Below, one piece after another: positions 50,969 through 61,124 of a stretch of 64,000 nucleotides of DNA (positions within the stretch are counted from its first letter, which is position 1; every line of letters starts with the position of its first letter). The notes beneath the pieces were generated by a model, which searched no databases, was not told the origin of the DNA, and saw only the letters and a program-made list of their open reading frames with translations. The stretch is from assembly GCA_965226885.1 (NCBI GenBank), contig CBDDEL010000013.1, positions 1-64,000 of the forward strand, read 5' to 3'. Position numbers and translations under genes: made by a program. Source of the stretch: Opitutales bacterium. GTDB taxonomy: Bacteria > Verrucomicrobiota > Verrucomicrobiia > Opitutales > UBA2987.

Positions 50969-53900
50969 CCCGGATATTTCGTAAAAAAAGTATCGTTGAT
51001 ATGCTTAACTGCTGACGTTGATATGCTTAACTGCTGATATACAGCAGGATAGATCAATAATTAAAGCAATATCAGCGATGACAAAAGGTAAACAATTAAA
51101 GCTACAGTTGACAAGGGTAAAAGGCCGCCGTGTGCGGGTTGATTTCAAGGGCGGAGAGGTTACTTCGGATGCCGGACTGCTTTTGATCCGGGAAGTGGAT
51201 CGGCAGTTGGGCTTGACCGAACGAGCGGCCCGACAGTTAGTGGACAAACGGCAGAAGGGCAAAGTACGCCATGAGGTATTGGGGATGCTGCGGCAGCGCG
51301 TTTACGGGCTGGTGGCGGGCTATCCCGGATATTTCATGAAGGGTAAAGTTTGGCTCGTTATTGCTATTGGAGATGGATTTCTTTGTATTTTGAGCAGATC
51401 GTCTTGATTTTTAGGTGTTTTTCAGGGTGTAGAGACACTGCCCCCTTTCCCCCATTGGTTCGGTAGTGCCGGGGGCAGCACCAATGCACCCTTTAGGTTG
51501 GCACCAATCGGCGGGCCGCATGGTTGAAAAGACTGGCCCAAGGATAACTCTCACTTAGGTGAAAGTGAATCGTTCGGGTGTTGCGCACGATGACCGCTCC
51601 GATCTTGATTAATTTGAGCCGCAGGGTGTGGCATTGGGCCCGCGCCCACTTCGTCCCTTTTAAGGCTAACCGGCGCATGGCTTCCATCAAGGTGTAGGCC
51701 AGCGCCGACAAGAGCAATCGCCACTGATGGCCCACCATTGATGGGCGCTGGTGCGCTCGCTGAACAATTGCATCTGTTCCTTGATTCGGTTCTCCATTTC
51801 ACCGCGGCCACAGTATACCTTGTCGTAAAGCTCCTGGGGATCGCCCGGCAGGTTCGTCACCACGAAGCGCGGGTTGGACCCCTGTGCGGTGTGTTCGGCT
51901 TTATGGATGACCAACCGCAGCCATCGCCACGAATCGGCAGCATAGACGAAGTCCTGGAATAACCGTTGTTTTTTACCCCTTAGTTCGAACCATTCTTTGG
52001 CCTGCTTTTGCAACTGCTGGGCGTCTTGCTGCAAGCGTGCATTGCGAGCCATCCCCACGATGTAACTAACTTCGTTGCGGTCGCACCAAGAGAGTATCCG
52101 GTCTCGACAAAATTCACTGTCGGCGCGCCAAATAATCCGCGTACGGGGCCAGCTTTGGCGAATCCGTTTAACCAGCAATTTGAGGATGGCCCCGGCATGC
52201 TTGCTGGCATCGATCTTGCTCGGCCGCAGGTAGGCCACCAGCAGCTGATCACCGCAAAAAACATATAGCGGCAGAAAACAGTAATGATCATAATAACCGT
52301 GGAAAAAACGTCCCTCCTGGAGCCCGTGCACCGGATTGTCGGTGGCGTCAAAGTCCAGGATGATCTCTTCGGGTTCCTCGGCAAAGGAGCCCATGAACTG
52401 TTCGACCAACAGCTCGTTTACCGCAAAGGCCGCCCGCCGATCCTGCCCGTTTTCAAAACGACACAAAGTCGGCGCGCTGGCCAACGTTTCAATGCGCCCC
52501 GTTACCGTTTGCAACAATGGATCGTGGCGCAGGGTATCAAAGTCGTTCAAATCCTCATAGCCCGCCACCAGCCCGTAAACGCGCTGCCGCAGCATCCCCA
52601 ATACCTCATGGCGTACTTTGCCCTTCTGCCGTTTGTCCACTAACTGTCGGGCCGCTCGTTCGGTCAAGCCCAACTGCCGATCCACTTCCCGGATCAAAAG
52701 CAGTCCGGCATCCGAAGTAACCTCTCCGCCCTTGAAATCAACCCGCACACGGCGGCCTTTTACCCTTGTCAACTGTAGCTTTAATTGTTTACCTTTTGTC
52801 ATCGCTGATATTGCTTTAATTATTGATCTATCCTGCTGTATATCAGCAGTTAAGCATATCAACGATACTTTTTTTACGAAATATCCGGGCTATGAGGATT
52901 TGAACGACTTTGATACCCTGCGCCACGATCCATTGTTGCAAACGGTAACGGGGCGCATTGAAACGTTGGCCAGCGCGCCGACTTTGTGTCGTTTTGAAAA
53001 CGGGCAGGATCGGCGGGCGGCCTTTGCGGTAAACGAGCTGTTGGTCGAACAGTTCATGGGCTCCTTTGCCGAGGAACCCGAAGAGATCATCCTGGACTTT
53101 GACGCCACCGACAATCCGGTGCATGGGCTCCAGGAGGGACGTTTTTTCCACGGTTATTATGATCATTACTGTTTTCTGCCGCTATATGTTTTTTGCGGTG
53201 ATCAGCTGCTGGTGGCCTACCTGCGGCCGAGCAAGATCGATGCCAGCAAGCATGCCGGGGCCATCCTCAAATTGCTGGTTAAACGGATGCGCCAAAGCTG
53301 GCCCCGTACGCGGATTATTTGGCGCGCCGACAGTGGATTTTGTCGAGACCGGATACTCTCTTGGTGCGACCGCAACGAAGTTAGTTACATCGTGGGGATG
53401 GCTCGCAATGCACGCTTGCAGCAAGACGCCCAGCAGTTGCAAAAGCAGGCCAAAGAATGGTTCGAACTAAGGGGTAAAAAACAACGGTTATTCCAGGACT
53501 TCGTCTATGCTGCCGATTCGTGGCGATGGCTGCGGTTGGTCATCCATAAAGCCGAACACACCGCACAGGGGTCCAACCCGCGCTTCGTGGTGACGAACCT
53601 GCCGGGCGATCCCCAGGAGCTTTACGACAAGGTATACTGTGGCCGCGGTGAAATGGAGAACCGAATCAAGGAACAGATGCAATTGTTCAGCGAGCGCACC
53701 AGCGCCCATCAATGGTGGGCCAATCAGTGGCGATTGCTCTTGTCGGCGCTGGCCTACACCTTGATGGAAGCCATGCGCCGGTTAGCCTTAAAAGGGACGA
53801 AGTGGGCGCGGGCCCAATGGCACACCCTGCGGCTCAAATTAATCAAGATCGGAGCGGTCATCGTGCGCAACACCCGAACGATTCACTTTCACCTAAGTGA

Positions 53901-54129
53901 GAGTTATCCTTGGGCCAGTCTTTTCAACCATGCGGCCCGCCGATTGGTGCCAACCATTGGTGCCAACCTAAAGGGTGCCCCCGGCACTACCGAACCAATG
54001 GGGGAAAGGGGGCAGTGTCTCTACACCCTGAAAAACACCTAAAAATCAAGACGATCTGCTCAAAATACAAAGAAATCCATCTCCAATAGCAATAACGAGC
54101 CAAACTTTACCCTTCATGAAATATCCGGG
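50969..54129 (+). mobile_element. IS1380 array unit B, interrupted by inverted unit C
   Basis: Both IRs; transposase split at VAGY|EDLN; 22-bp duplication at 50994-51037; 13-bp duplication plus 11-bp deletion at 53943-53985. Confidence 0.92.
51324..52889 (-). mobile_element. IS1380 array unit C (inverted, inside unit B)
   Basis: TSD CTAT at 51320-51323 and 52890-52893; transposase 51493-52802 frameshifted near 51728. Confidence 0.93.
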
Positions 54130-54133
54130 CTAA

Positions 54134-55700
54134 CCCGGATATTTCGTAAAAAAAGTATCGTTGATATGCTTAACTGCTGATATACAGCAGGATAGATCAA
54201 TAATTAAAGCAATATCAGCGATGACAAAAGGTAAACAATTAAAGCTACAGTTGACAAGGGTAAAAGGCCGCCGTGTGCGGGTTGATTTCAAGGGCGGAGA
54301 GGTTACTTCGGATGCCGGACTGCTTTTGATCCGGGAAGTGGATCGGCAGTTGGGCTTGACCGAACGAGCGGCCCGACAGTTAGTGGACAAACGGCAGAAG
54401 GGCAAAGTACGCCATGAGGTATTGGGGATGCTGCGGCAGCGCGTTTACGGGCTGGTGGCGGGCTATGAGGATTTGAACGACTTTGATACCCTGCGCCACG
54501 ATCCATTGTTGCAAACGGTAACGGGGCGCATTGAAACGTTGGCCAGCGCGCCGACTTTGTGTCGTTTTGAAAACGGGCAGGATCGGCGGGCGGCCTTTGC
54601 GGTAAACGAGCTGTTGGTCGAACAGTTCATGGGCTCCTTTGCCGAGGAACCCGAAGAGATCATCCTGGACTTTGACGCCACCGACAATCCGGTGCACGGG
54701 CTCCAGGAGGGACGTTTTTTCCACGGTTATTATGATCATTACTGTTTTCTGCCGCTATATGTTTTTTGCGGTGATCAGCTGCTGGTGGCCTACCTGCGGC
54801 CGAGCAAGTTCGATGCCAGCAAGCATGCCGGGGCCATCCTCAAATTGCTGGTTAAACGGATTCGCCAAAGCTGGCCCCGTACGCGGATTATTTGGCGCGC
54901 CGACAGTGGATTTTGTCGAGACCGGATACTCTCTTGGTGCGACCGCAACGAAGTTAGTTACATCGTGGGGATGGCTCGCAATGCACGCTTGCAGCAAGAC
55001 GCCCAGCAGTTGCAAAAGCAGGCCAAAGAATGGTTCGAACTAAGGGGTAAAAAACAACGGTTATTCCAGGACTTCGTCTATGCTGCCGATTCGTGGCGAT
55101 GGCTGCGGTTGGTCATCCATAAAGCCGAACACACCGCACAGGGGTCCAACCCGCGCTTCGTGGTGACGAACCTGCCGGGCGATCCCCAGGAGCTTTACGA
55201 CAAGGTATACTGTGGCCGCGGTGAAATGGAGAACCGAATCAAGGAACAGATGCAATTGTTCAGCGAGCGCACCAGCGCCCATCAATGGTGGGCCAATCAG
55301 TGGCGATTGCTCTTGTCGGCGCTGGCCTACACCTTGATGGAAGCCATGCGCCGGTTAGCCTTAAAAGGGACGAAGTGGGCGCGGGCCCAATGCCACACCC
55401 TGCGGCTCAAATTAATCAAGATCGGAGCGGTCATCGTGCGCAACACCCGAACGATTCACTTTCACCTAAGTGAGAGTTATCCTTGGGCCAGTCTTTTCAA
55501 CCATGCGGCCCGCCGATTGGTGCCAACCTAAAGGGTGCATTGGTGCTGCCCCCGGCACTACCGAACCAATGGGGGAAAGGGGGCAGTGTCTCTACACCCT
55601 GAAAAACACCTAAAAATCAAGACGATCTGCTCAAAATACAAAGAAATCCATCTCCAATAGCAATAACGAGCCAAACTTTACCCTTCATGAAATATCCGGG
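54134..55700 (+). mobile_element. IS1380 array unit D
   Basis: Both IRs; left spacer CTAA, right flank TTAG. Confidence 0.95.
54221..55531 (+). CDS. IS1380 transposase
   Basis: Intact ORF with one I-to-F change (SKFD). Confidence 0.93.
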   Translation: MTKGKQLKLQLTRVKGRRVRVDFKGGEVTSDAGLLLIREVDRQLGLTERAARQLVDKRQKGKVRHEVLGMLRQRVYGLVAGYEDLNDFDTLRHDPLLQTVTGRIETLASAPTLCRFENGQDRRAAFAVNELLVEQFMGSFAEEPEEIILDFDATDNPVHGLQEGRFFHGYYDHYCFLPLYVFCGDQLLVAYLRPSKFDASKHAGAILKLLVKRIRQSWPRTRIIWRADSGFCRDRILSWCDRNEVSYIVGMARNARLQQDAQQLQKQAKEWFELRGKKQRLFQDFVYAADSWRWLRLVIHKAEHTAQGSNPRFVVTNLPGDPQELYDKVYCGRGEMENRIKEQMQLFSERTSAHQWWANQWRLLLSALAYTLMEAMRRLALKGTKWARAQCHTLRLKLIKIGAVIVRNTRTIHFHLSESYPWASLFNHAARRLVPT

Positions 55701-55798
55701 TTAGAAGGAGCAAGATTCGCCCGAAATATCCAGAGATAACGGATTTATTGATACATTATCATTACATCGAAATTCCGTTTGAAACAGAAAAATGTAAC

Positions 55799-56101
55799 AT
55801 GTCCAAAATAAAGCATATCGTCCTGATTGAATTTAAACCCGAAGTAAGCACGGAGCAAATCGAAGATTTTTTCTCTCTGATAAAGGAATTGGAGAACCAC
55901 ATTCCGGGTCTTCTCGATTATTGCGGAGGGTCATATTTCAGTCCCGAAGGTTTTAATCGCGGATTTACACACGGATTCATAATGACATTTAAAGATTCTT
56001 CGGCACGGGACGAATACCTTGTGCATCCTGAACATAAAGCGGCTGCCGAAACCATGATACCCCTATTGCAAAATAGCGTAGCTTTCGATTTTCAGGCCTG
56101 A
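55799..56101 (+). CDS. Dabb-family stress-responsive A/B barrel protein
   Basis: IKHIVLIEFK, IPG, GFTHGFIMTF, YLVHPEH. Confidence 0.9.
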   Translation: MSKIKHIVLIEFKPEVSTEQIEDFFSLIKELENHIPGLLDYCGGSYFSPEGFNRGFTHGFIMTFKDSSARDEYLVHPEHKAAAETMIPLLQNSVAFDFQA

Positions 56102-56234
56102 ACTGGAGAATGTGGTTTTTGGGGATCTGTATTAATTTAGAAATCAATGTTATGGTGATAATTTTATATCTTTGTATTTCTGTAGTAAACTCCTGATTTG
56201 TTTATCGTTTTAAGATAGGCGCTAACGCATTACA

Positions 56235-57314
56235 ATGGATCGACAAAACAAGGGCTGGCTTCACTCGGTCGGGAGCCTTTTAAGTCGGAAGATACGACAT
56301 ACGATCAAAACCTTTGCGTGTTACCGGAGAGCGCATGTGTCGTATGCGCCCCACAATGCGTTGTTGCGAGAGCATGAAAGTCGTATCTTGATCGCCCGGC
56401 ATCCTAGCGATCACTACGATTTCAATGAGCATTTCCTGCAATGGGTTCGGTCCACCCGCCCGGAGATTGCCTCGCGGATGCAGTTGTGCCGGTTGCCTGC
56501 CTGGGGAATCGACTGGGATCGCGTCGCTCTCTTTGTCCCGTGGTTCCAGGATCCCCTCAAGGAGGCTTTTCCTTTAGATTATTATTTCGCCATGAGGATG
56601 CAACGAAAGTGTCGCGAGCGCGGAATCACGATTGTCAACCCGTTGGAGACGCTGTCGAATTCGATAAAATCGGTCGCTCTGCCCATCATGGGCAAACTTG
56701 GCATCCGAACCGCCAGAATCGTGCGAATCACAGATCGAAAGGCGTTTCTTTCCTCCTTCGGCGGCCTCACCCCTCCATTCTTTATTCGGGATGATTGGGT
56801 ACAATCGGGCTCTTCCTTTTTGGTTTGCCAGGAGGAAGATATCCGTCGGGTAAATTGGCAAGTCTACTCGCACCCGGTGGCCGTTGAGTATATCGACGTG
56901 CAAAGCGAAGACGGGCTCTATCGAAAGTACCGTTACGTCCTTTTCGGCAATGAAGGAGCCCCCCGCCACCTCTTCTTATCTCCTAATTGGATCGTTCGCG
57001 GTAAAAATAAAGTACATCCCGCCCACACTCGCCAGGAGGAAGCCGACTATGTCGAAAACTCCGATCCCAACCACGATATCCTGAACCGGGCGCGAAAGGC
57101 TCTCGGATTTGATTTCGTCGCCTTTGACTACAGTTATGACAGGAGCGGCCAGCTCGTCGTCTGGGAACCGAATCCGTTTCCCCTCATCACGCCGATATTA
57201 AATGGCTCGCAGCTTTGCGATTACGAATCCGCGACCATGGGACGACTCTTCCAGGGCATTCTCGACTCCTATGTGCGAACTGCGGGATTTGTCTCGGACA
57301 CGGTCAATAAATGA
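56235..57314 (+). CDS. ATP-grasp-fold protein of unknown function
   Basis: IVNP, PFFIR, EYID, YRKYR, GFDFVAFD, VWEPNP pattern. Confidence 0.65.
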   Translation: MDRQNKGWLHSVGSLLSRKIRHTIKTFACYRRAHVSYAPHNALLREHESRILIARHPSDHYDFNEHFLQWVRSTRPEIASRMQLCRLPAWGIDWDRVALFVPWFQDPLKEAFPLDYYFAMRMQRKCRERGITIVNPLETLSNSIKSVALPIMGKLGIRTARIVRITDRKAFLSSFGGLTPPFFIRDDWVQSGSSFLVCQEEDIRRVNWQVYSHPVAVEYIDVQSEDGLYRKYRYVLFGNEGAPRHLFLSPNWIVRGKNKVHPAHTRQEEADYVENSDPNHDILNRARKALGFDFVAFDYSYDRSGQLVVWEPNPFPLITPILNGSQLCDYESATMGRLFQGILDSYVRTAGFVSDTVNK

Positions 57315-57361
57315 TAAATTACGAATTATAAAATAGCTTCAATCCCTATTGCTAATTATAA

Positions 57362-58099
57362 TTAATAAAAGACTTTTTGCAGGCACAATCCACGTGCGGG
57401 CGCGGTGACAACCCAAGTGGTTCGTTTTCGCGATTTTAGTATTCGTTGCACCTCGGCCGGTGAATGTTTGCCTATGCCTACCTCGACTAGGGTACCGACG
57501 AGACTGCGGACCATTTTGTAGAGGTAACCGCTCGCTTCGGCTGTTATGCGGATGCGGCGGCCCCGGCGAGTGATTTGCAAACGCCGGACGTCTTTAACCG
57601 GGTTTTCTGTGGAATCATCGCCTGTGGCGGCTCCGAAGGCGGAAAAATCATGCCTTCCCAAAAGGTGCGGGGCGGCCCTATTCATGCGATCGAGATCCAA
57701 TTTCCGCCGCCCCAGAGACCAGTAGAAGCGGGTTTCCATGGGCGGGGAAAACCCTTCGCAGAGGTGGTAAACATAACGTTTTCCGGTGGCGGAATGGCGG
57801 GCGTGAAATTTATTTGGAACCCTCCTGACGGCGGTTACCTGGATGCTTTCCGGCAGTCCGCTACGCAGGGCGTTGAGCAAATCGGTGCGGGGATTCTTCC
57901 ACGATCCGTCGAAATGAAAAACCTGGCCCTTGGCATGGACGCCGCTGTCGGTGCGCCCGCTGCCGTGGATGCGTATGGGTTGGCCGCAAAGAATTTTCAA
58001 ACGGTTTTCGAGAATATCCTGGATGGTGTTGCCGCCGGGTTGGCTCTGCCATCCGTAAAAGCCCGTTCCATCGTAAGCCACTGTGCATTTCCATCGCAT
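57362..58099 (-). CDS. truA: tRNA pseudouridine(38-40) synthase
   Basis: AYDGTGFYGWQ, GRTDSGVHA, FHAR, LYKMVR, TAPARGL. Confidence 0.96.
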   Translation of the reverse strand: MRWKCTVAYDGTGFYGWQSQPGGNTIQDILENRLKILCGQPIRIHGSGRTDSGVHAKGQVFHFDGSWKNPRTDLLNALRSGLPESIQVTAVRRVPNKFHARHSATGKRYVYHLCEGFSPPMETRFYWSLGRRKLDLDRMNRAAPHLLGRHDFSAFGAATGDDSTENPVKDVRRLQITRRGRRIRITAEASGYLYKMVRSLVGTLVEVGIGKHSPAEVQRILKSRKRTTWVVTAPARGLCLQKVFY

Positions 58100-58174
58100 T
58101 TGATCGGTTCCAATTTGGGGAAAATGGAGCGAAAAGGTCAAGGCGCATAAGGGTTTGCCGATAAAATCTGTTTA

Positions 58175-58448
58175 GAATCTATCTCAAAAACGAAGATGAC
58201 GATGCAGAGAGCTATTATATGTTTTGAGCAAGGCGCGTCGGTACATGCTGGGCTGGAAGCCCTGCCGCCCCGACGGAACGCCGCTCAAACTCATAAAAGC
58301 CTCTGTCCGAAGGATTTGTGCGGCACGGTAGCACCTGCGGCGTTGGTTCGCGCCAGAGAGGCTCCCAGTCCATCTTGGCGCGAAGCCGCCTGGCATCTGC
58401 CACTGTGGCGCTACAAACATTATTCATCTGCGATTTTGAGACAGGTTC
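58175..58448. mobile_element. 274-bp MITE with two internal structured arms
   Basis: IRs GAATCTATCTCAAAAACGAAGATGA and (reverse complement) GAACCTGTCTCAAAATCGCAGATGA; TTA on both sides; no transposase. Confidence 0.75.
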
Positions 58449-58458
58449 TTAAGACTCA

Positions 58459-60274
58459 ATGCCCTTTCGAGTGAATCGCTTAATCGCTATAAAAAACGTT
58501 TGCGCCTGGCCCAACCTGGTGGCTCTGCCGGGCGGAGAATTGCTGGCCATTATCTTCAATCAACCAAGCCATGGGCTGGATGCGGGGAGCCTGGAATGTT
58601 GGCACAGCCTCGATGGGGGGAAGGCTTGGGTCAGAAAAGGGGTTGCCGCTCCCCATGAAGGGGGCAAAAACCGCATGCATTGCGCGTTCGGGTTAGACAG
58701 AAATGAAAATCCGATCGTCTTGTCCACTGGATTTGAACTGGTCAACGGAAAATTGGGACATTTGGGTAGTGTATTAAGTAGGAATGGTGGCTAATTCTTG
58801 ATTATATTGATGAATGAAAAGTCTCAGACAGGTTTCATGCATACTCTTAAGCTTGGAAAAGGAGAGGGTTTTGCGTGTGAAACGACCCAGTCGTTGGCGC
58901 AGGGTATTGTTCCATCGTTCCACATGGGCCGTTTCACCGGTTTCTTTTCCCACGGATCGGTTATGAGGAAAGACTTCATCATAAGTGCTCCAAAAGTCGC
59001 TGTAGGTGGCACTTCTTTTGTAGGCCCGTGGCAGACGCTCGTAAAGTTCCCGGCAACGATACCAATCCCGAGGCCCAATGGCATAGGAGAGGATTTGACG
59101 GGTGCGTCGGCAAAGAGCGATCCAAACCCATTGGGCATCGCTCTTGCGCCCCACAAAAGACCACAGTTCGTCCAGTTCAATGACATCATGGCGGCGGGCC
59201 GCAAGAATCGTGCTTTTGAGCGGTCGCAGCGATTGTCGTTTTTTTTAACCAACTCAAAACGGTGTTGGGACTCACCCCGAAGGCGCGCTGTAAACCGCGT
59301 AGACTGCTGCGTTCCTGATAGACTCGAAGGATCATTTCTTTTTGCTCTTCGGTGTATTTCACTGTGGGGTTTTCGCGGCTTTGTTTACCACAATCATGGC
59401 AGCGGTAGCGCTGTTTATGGTTGGGCGTCTTGCCAAATTTAATGATATTTTCACTTCCACAGTGCCGACAATTAATAATTTTAGTAACCATGCACTAAGA
59501 ATAAACTGCCTAACGCTATTTGTACAGCTAAAAATACAAAATAACATTCTTTTTTTATACACTACCGGACATTTGCAGGGCATGTGGTTTTCGCGGTCGA
59601 TGGACGAAGGACGGACCTGGACCATCAACAAAACTCCCGGATTGCCGGGTGGGCAACCTTTGATGATCCCCTACGGAAAGATTATCTGCCATCGCGAGGA
59701 TGGAAAGCTGAACGCGGCAGCCTATTTGAGCGAAGGTATGGGCCGCCTTAGCCGTACCTGGTTTTTGCAGAGCGACGATGGCGGAGACAGCTGGAGCATT
59801 CTCTCGCAAATCGGGAATGGAGACACCAATGAAACTGCGCTATTGAGGTTGTCCGATGGCCAATGTCTGGCTGCCGCCCGAACCCATGTCGATCACCATG
59901 TGGAGCTTTACCGCAGCGATGATGGGGGAAATTCCTGGTCGCAGTCCGGGCCGCTCACCCTGCCCAGGCAGCATCCGGCGGACCTTCTGCTCCTTCCTGA
60001 CGGCGTGATTTTGCTGACTTATGGCCTACGCAATCGGGGACTTTTTGGGATCGGCGGGCGCATCAGTGAAAACCAGGGAGCAACCTGGAGCGCGCCATTT
60101 GTCATGACCCAATTCGGCGAAGGGGCCGACTGTGGCTACCCCTCAAGTATCCACACGAAGGACGGAACCCTGGTGACAGCTTATTATTCGGACCGAATTG
60201 AGGGCTACAGCGGCTATCACATGGGCATCCTGCGGTGGCGGTCGGAAGAATCTACCAGGCCCCGGCAGTTTTGA
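58459..60274 (+). pseudogene. Sialidase-like BNR/Asp-box beta-propeller (334 aa reconstructed), interrupted by IS1-A
   Basis: Asp boxes SLDGGKAW, SMDEGRTW, SDDGGDSW, SDDGGNSW, SENQGATW; 58459-58764 + 59576-60274 in frame (KLGHL|QGMW). Confidence 0.88.
58765..59566 (-). mobile_element. IS1-family element A, copy 4
   Basis: 9-bp TSD GGACATTTG; insAB at 58774-59491. Confidence 0.95.
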
Positions 60275-60322
60275 GTGAATGGATACAGGATAATTTGGCC
60301 TATTGTTTCAAAATATAAATAT

Positions 60323-61124
60323 GGTAGTGTATAAAAAAAGAATGTTATTTTGTATTTTTAGCTGTACAAATAGCGTTAGGCAGTTTATTTTTAGTGCATG
60401 GTTACTAAAATTATTAATTGTCGGCACTGTGGAAGTGAAAATATCATTAAATTTGGCAAGACGCCCAACCATAAACAGCGCTACCGCTGCCATGATTGTG
60501 GTAAACAAAGCCGCGAAAACCCCACAGTGAAATACACCGAAGAGCAAAAAGAAATGATCCTTCGAGTCTATCAGGAACGCAGCAGTCTACGCGGTTTACA
60601 GCGCGCCTTCGGGGTGAGTCCCAACACCGTTTTGAGTTGGTTAAAAAAAACGACAATCGCTGCGACCGCTCAAAAGCACGATTCTTGCGGCCCGCCGCCA
60701 TGATGTCATTGAACTGGACGAACTGTGGTCTTTTGTGGGGCGCAAGAGCGATGCCCAATGGGTTTGGATCGCTCTTTGCCGACGCACCCGTCAAATCCTC
60801 TCCTATGCCATTGGGCCTCGGGATTGGTATCGTTGCCGGGAACTTTACGAGCGTCTGCCACGGGCCTACAAAAGAAGTGCCACCTACAGCGACTTTTGGA
60901 GCACTTATGATGAAGTCTTTCCTCATAACCGATCCGTGGGAAAAGAAACCGGTGAAACGGCCCATGTGGAACGATGGAACAATACCCTGCGCCAACGACT
61001 GGGTCGTTTCACACGCAAAACCCTCTCCTTTTCCAAGCTTAAGAGTATGCATGAAACCTGTCTGAGACTTTTCATTCATCAATATAATCAAGAATTAGCC
61101 ACCATTCCTACTTAATACACTACC
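60323..61124 (+). mobile_element. IS1-family element A, copy 5, no TSD
   Basis: Both IRs; flanks ATAAATAT versus AAAAAATC; insAB at 60398-61115. Confidence 0.93.

Noticed and set aside
52618..54042. 474-aa ORF as a new transposase variant
   Set aside because: Antisense of unit C fused to the 3' part of unit B transposase; by-product of nesting.
58184..58474. Short ORFs between truA and the sialidase-like gene
   Set aside because: They largely coincide with the MITE and show no protein features.
58765..61124. Composite transposon formed by two inverted IS1-A copies
   Set aside because: Copy 4 has its own 9-bp TSD and the outer flanks do not match.
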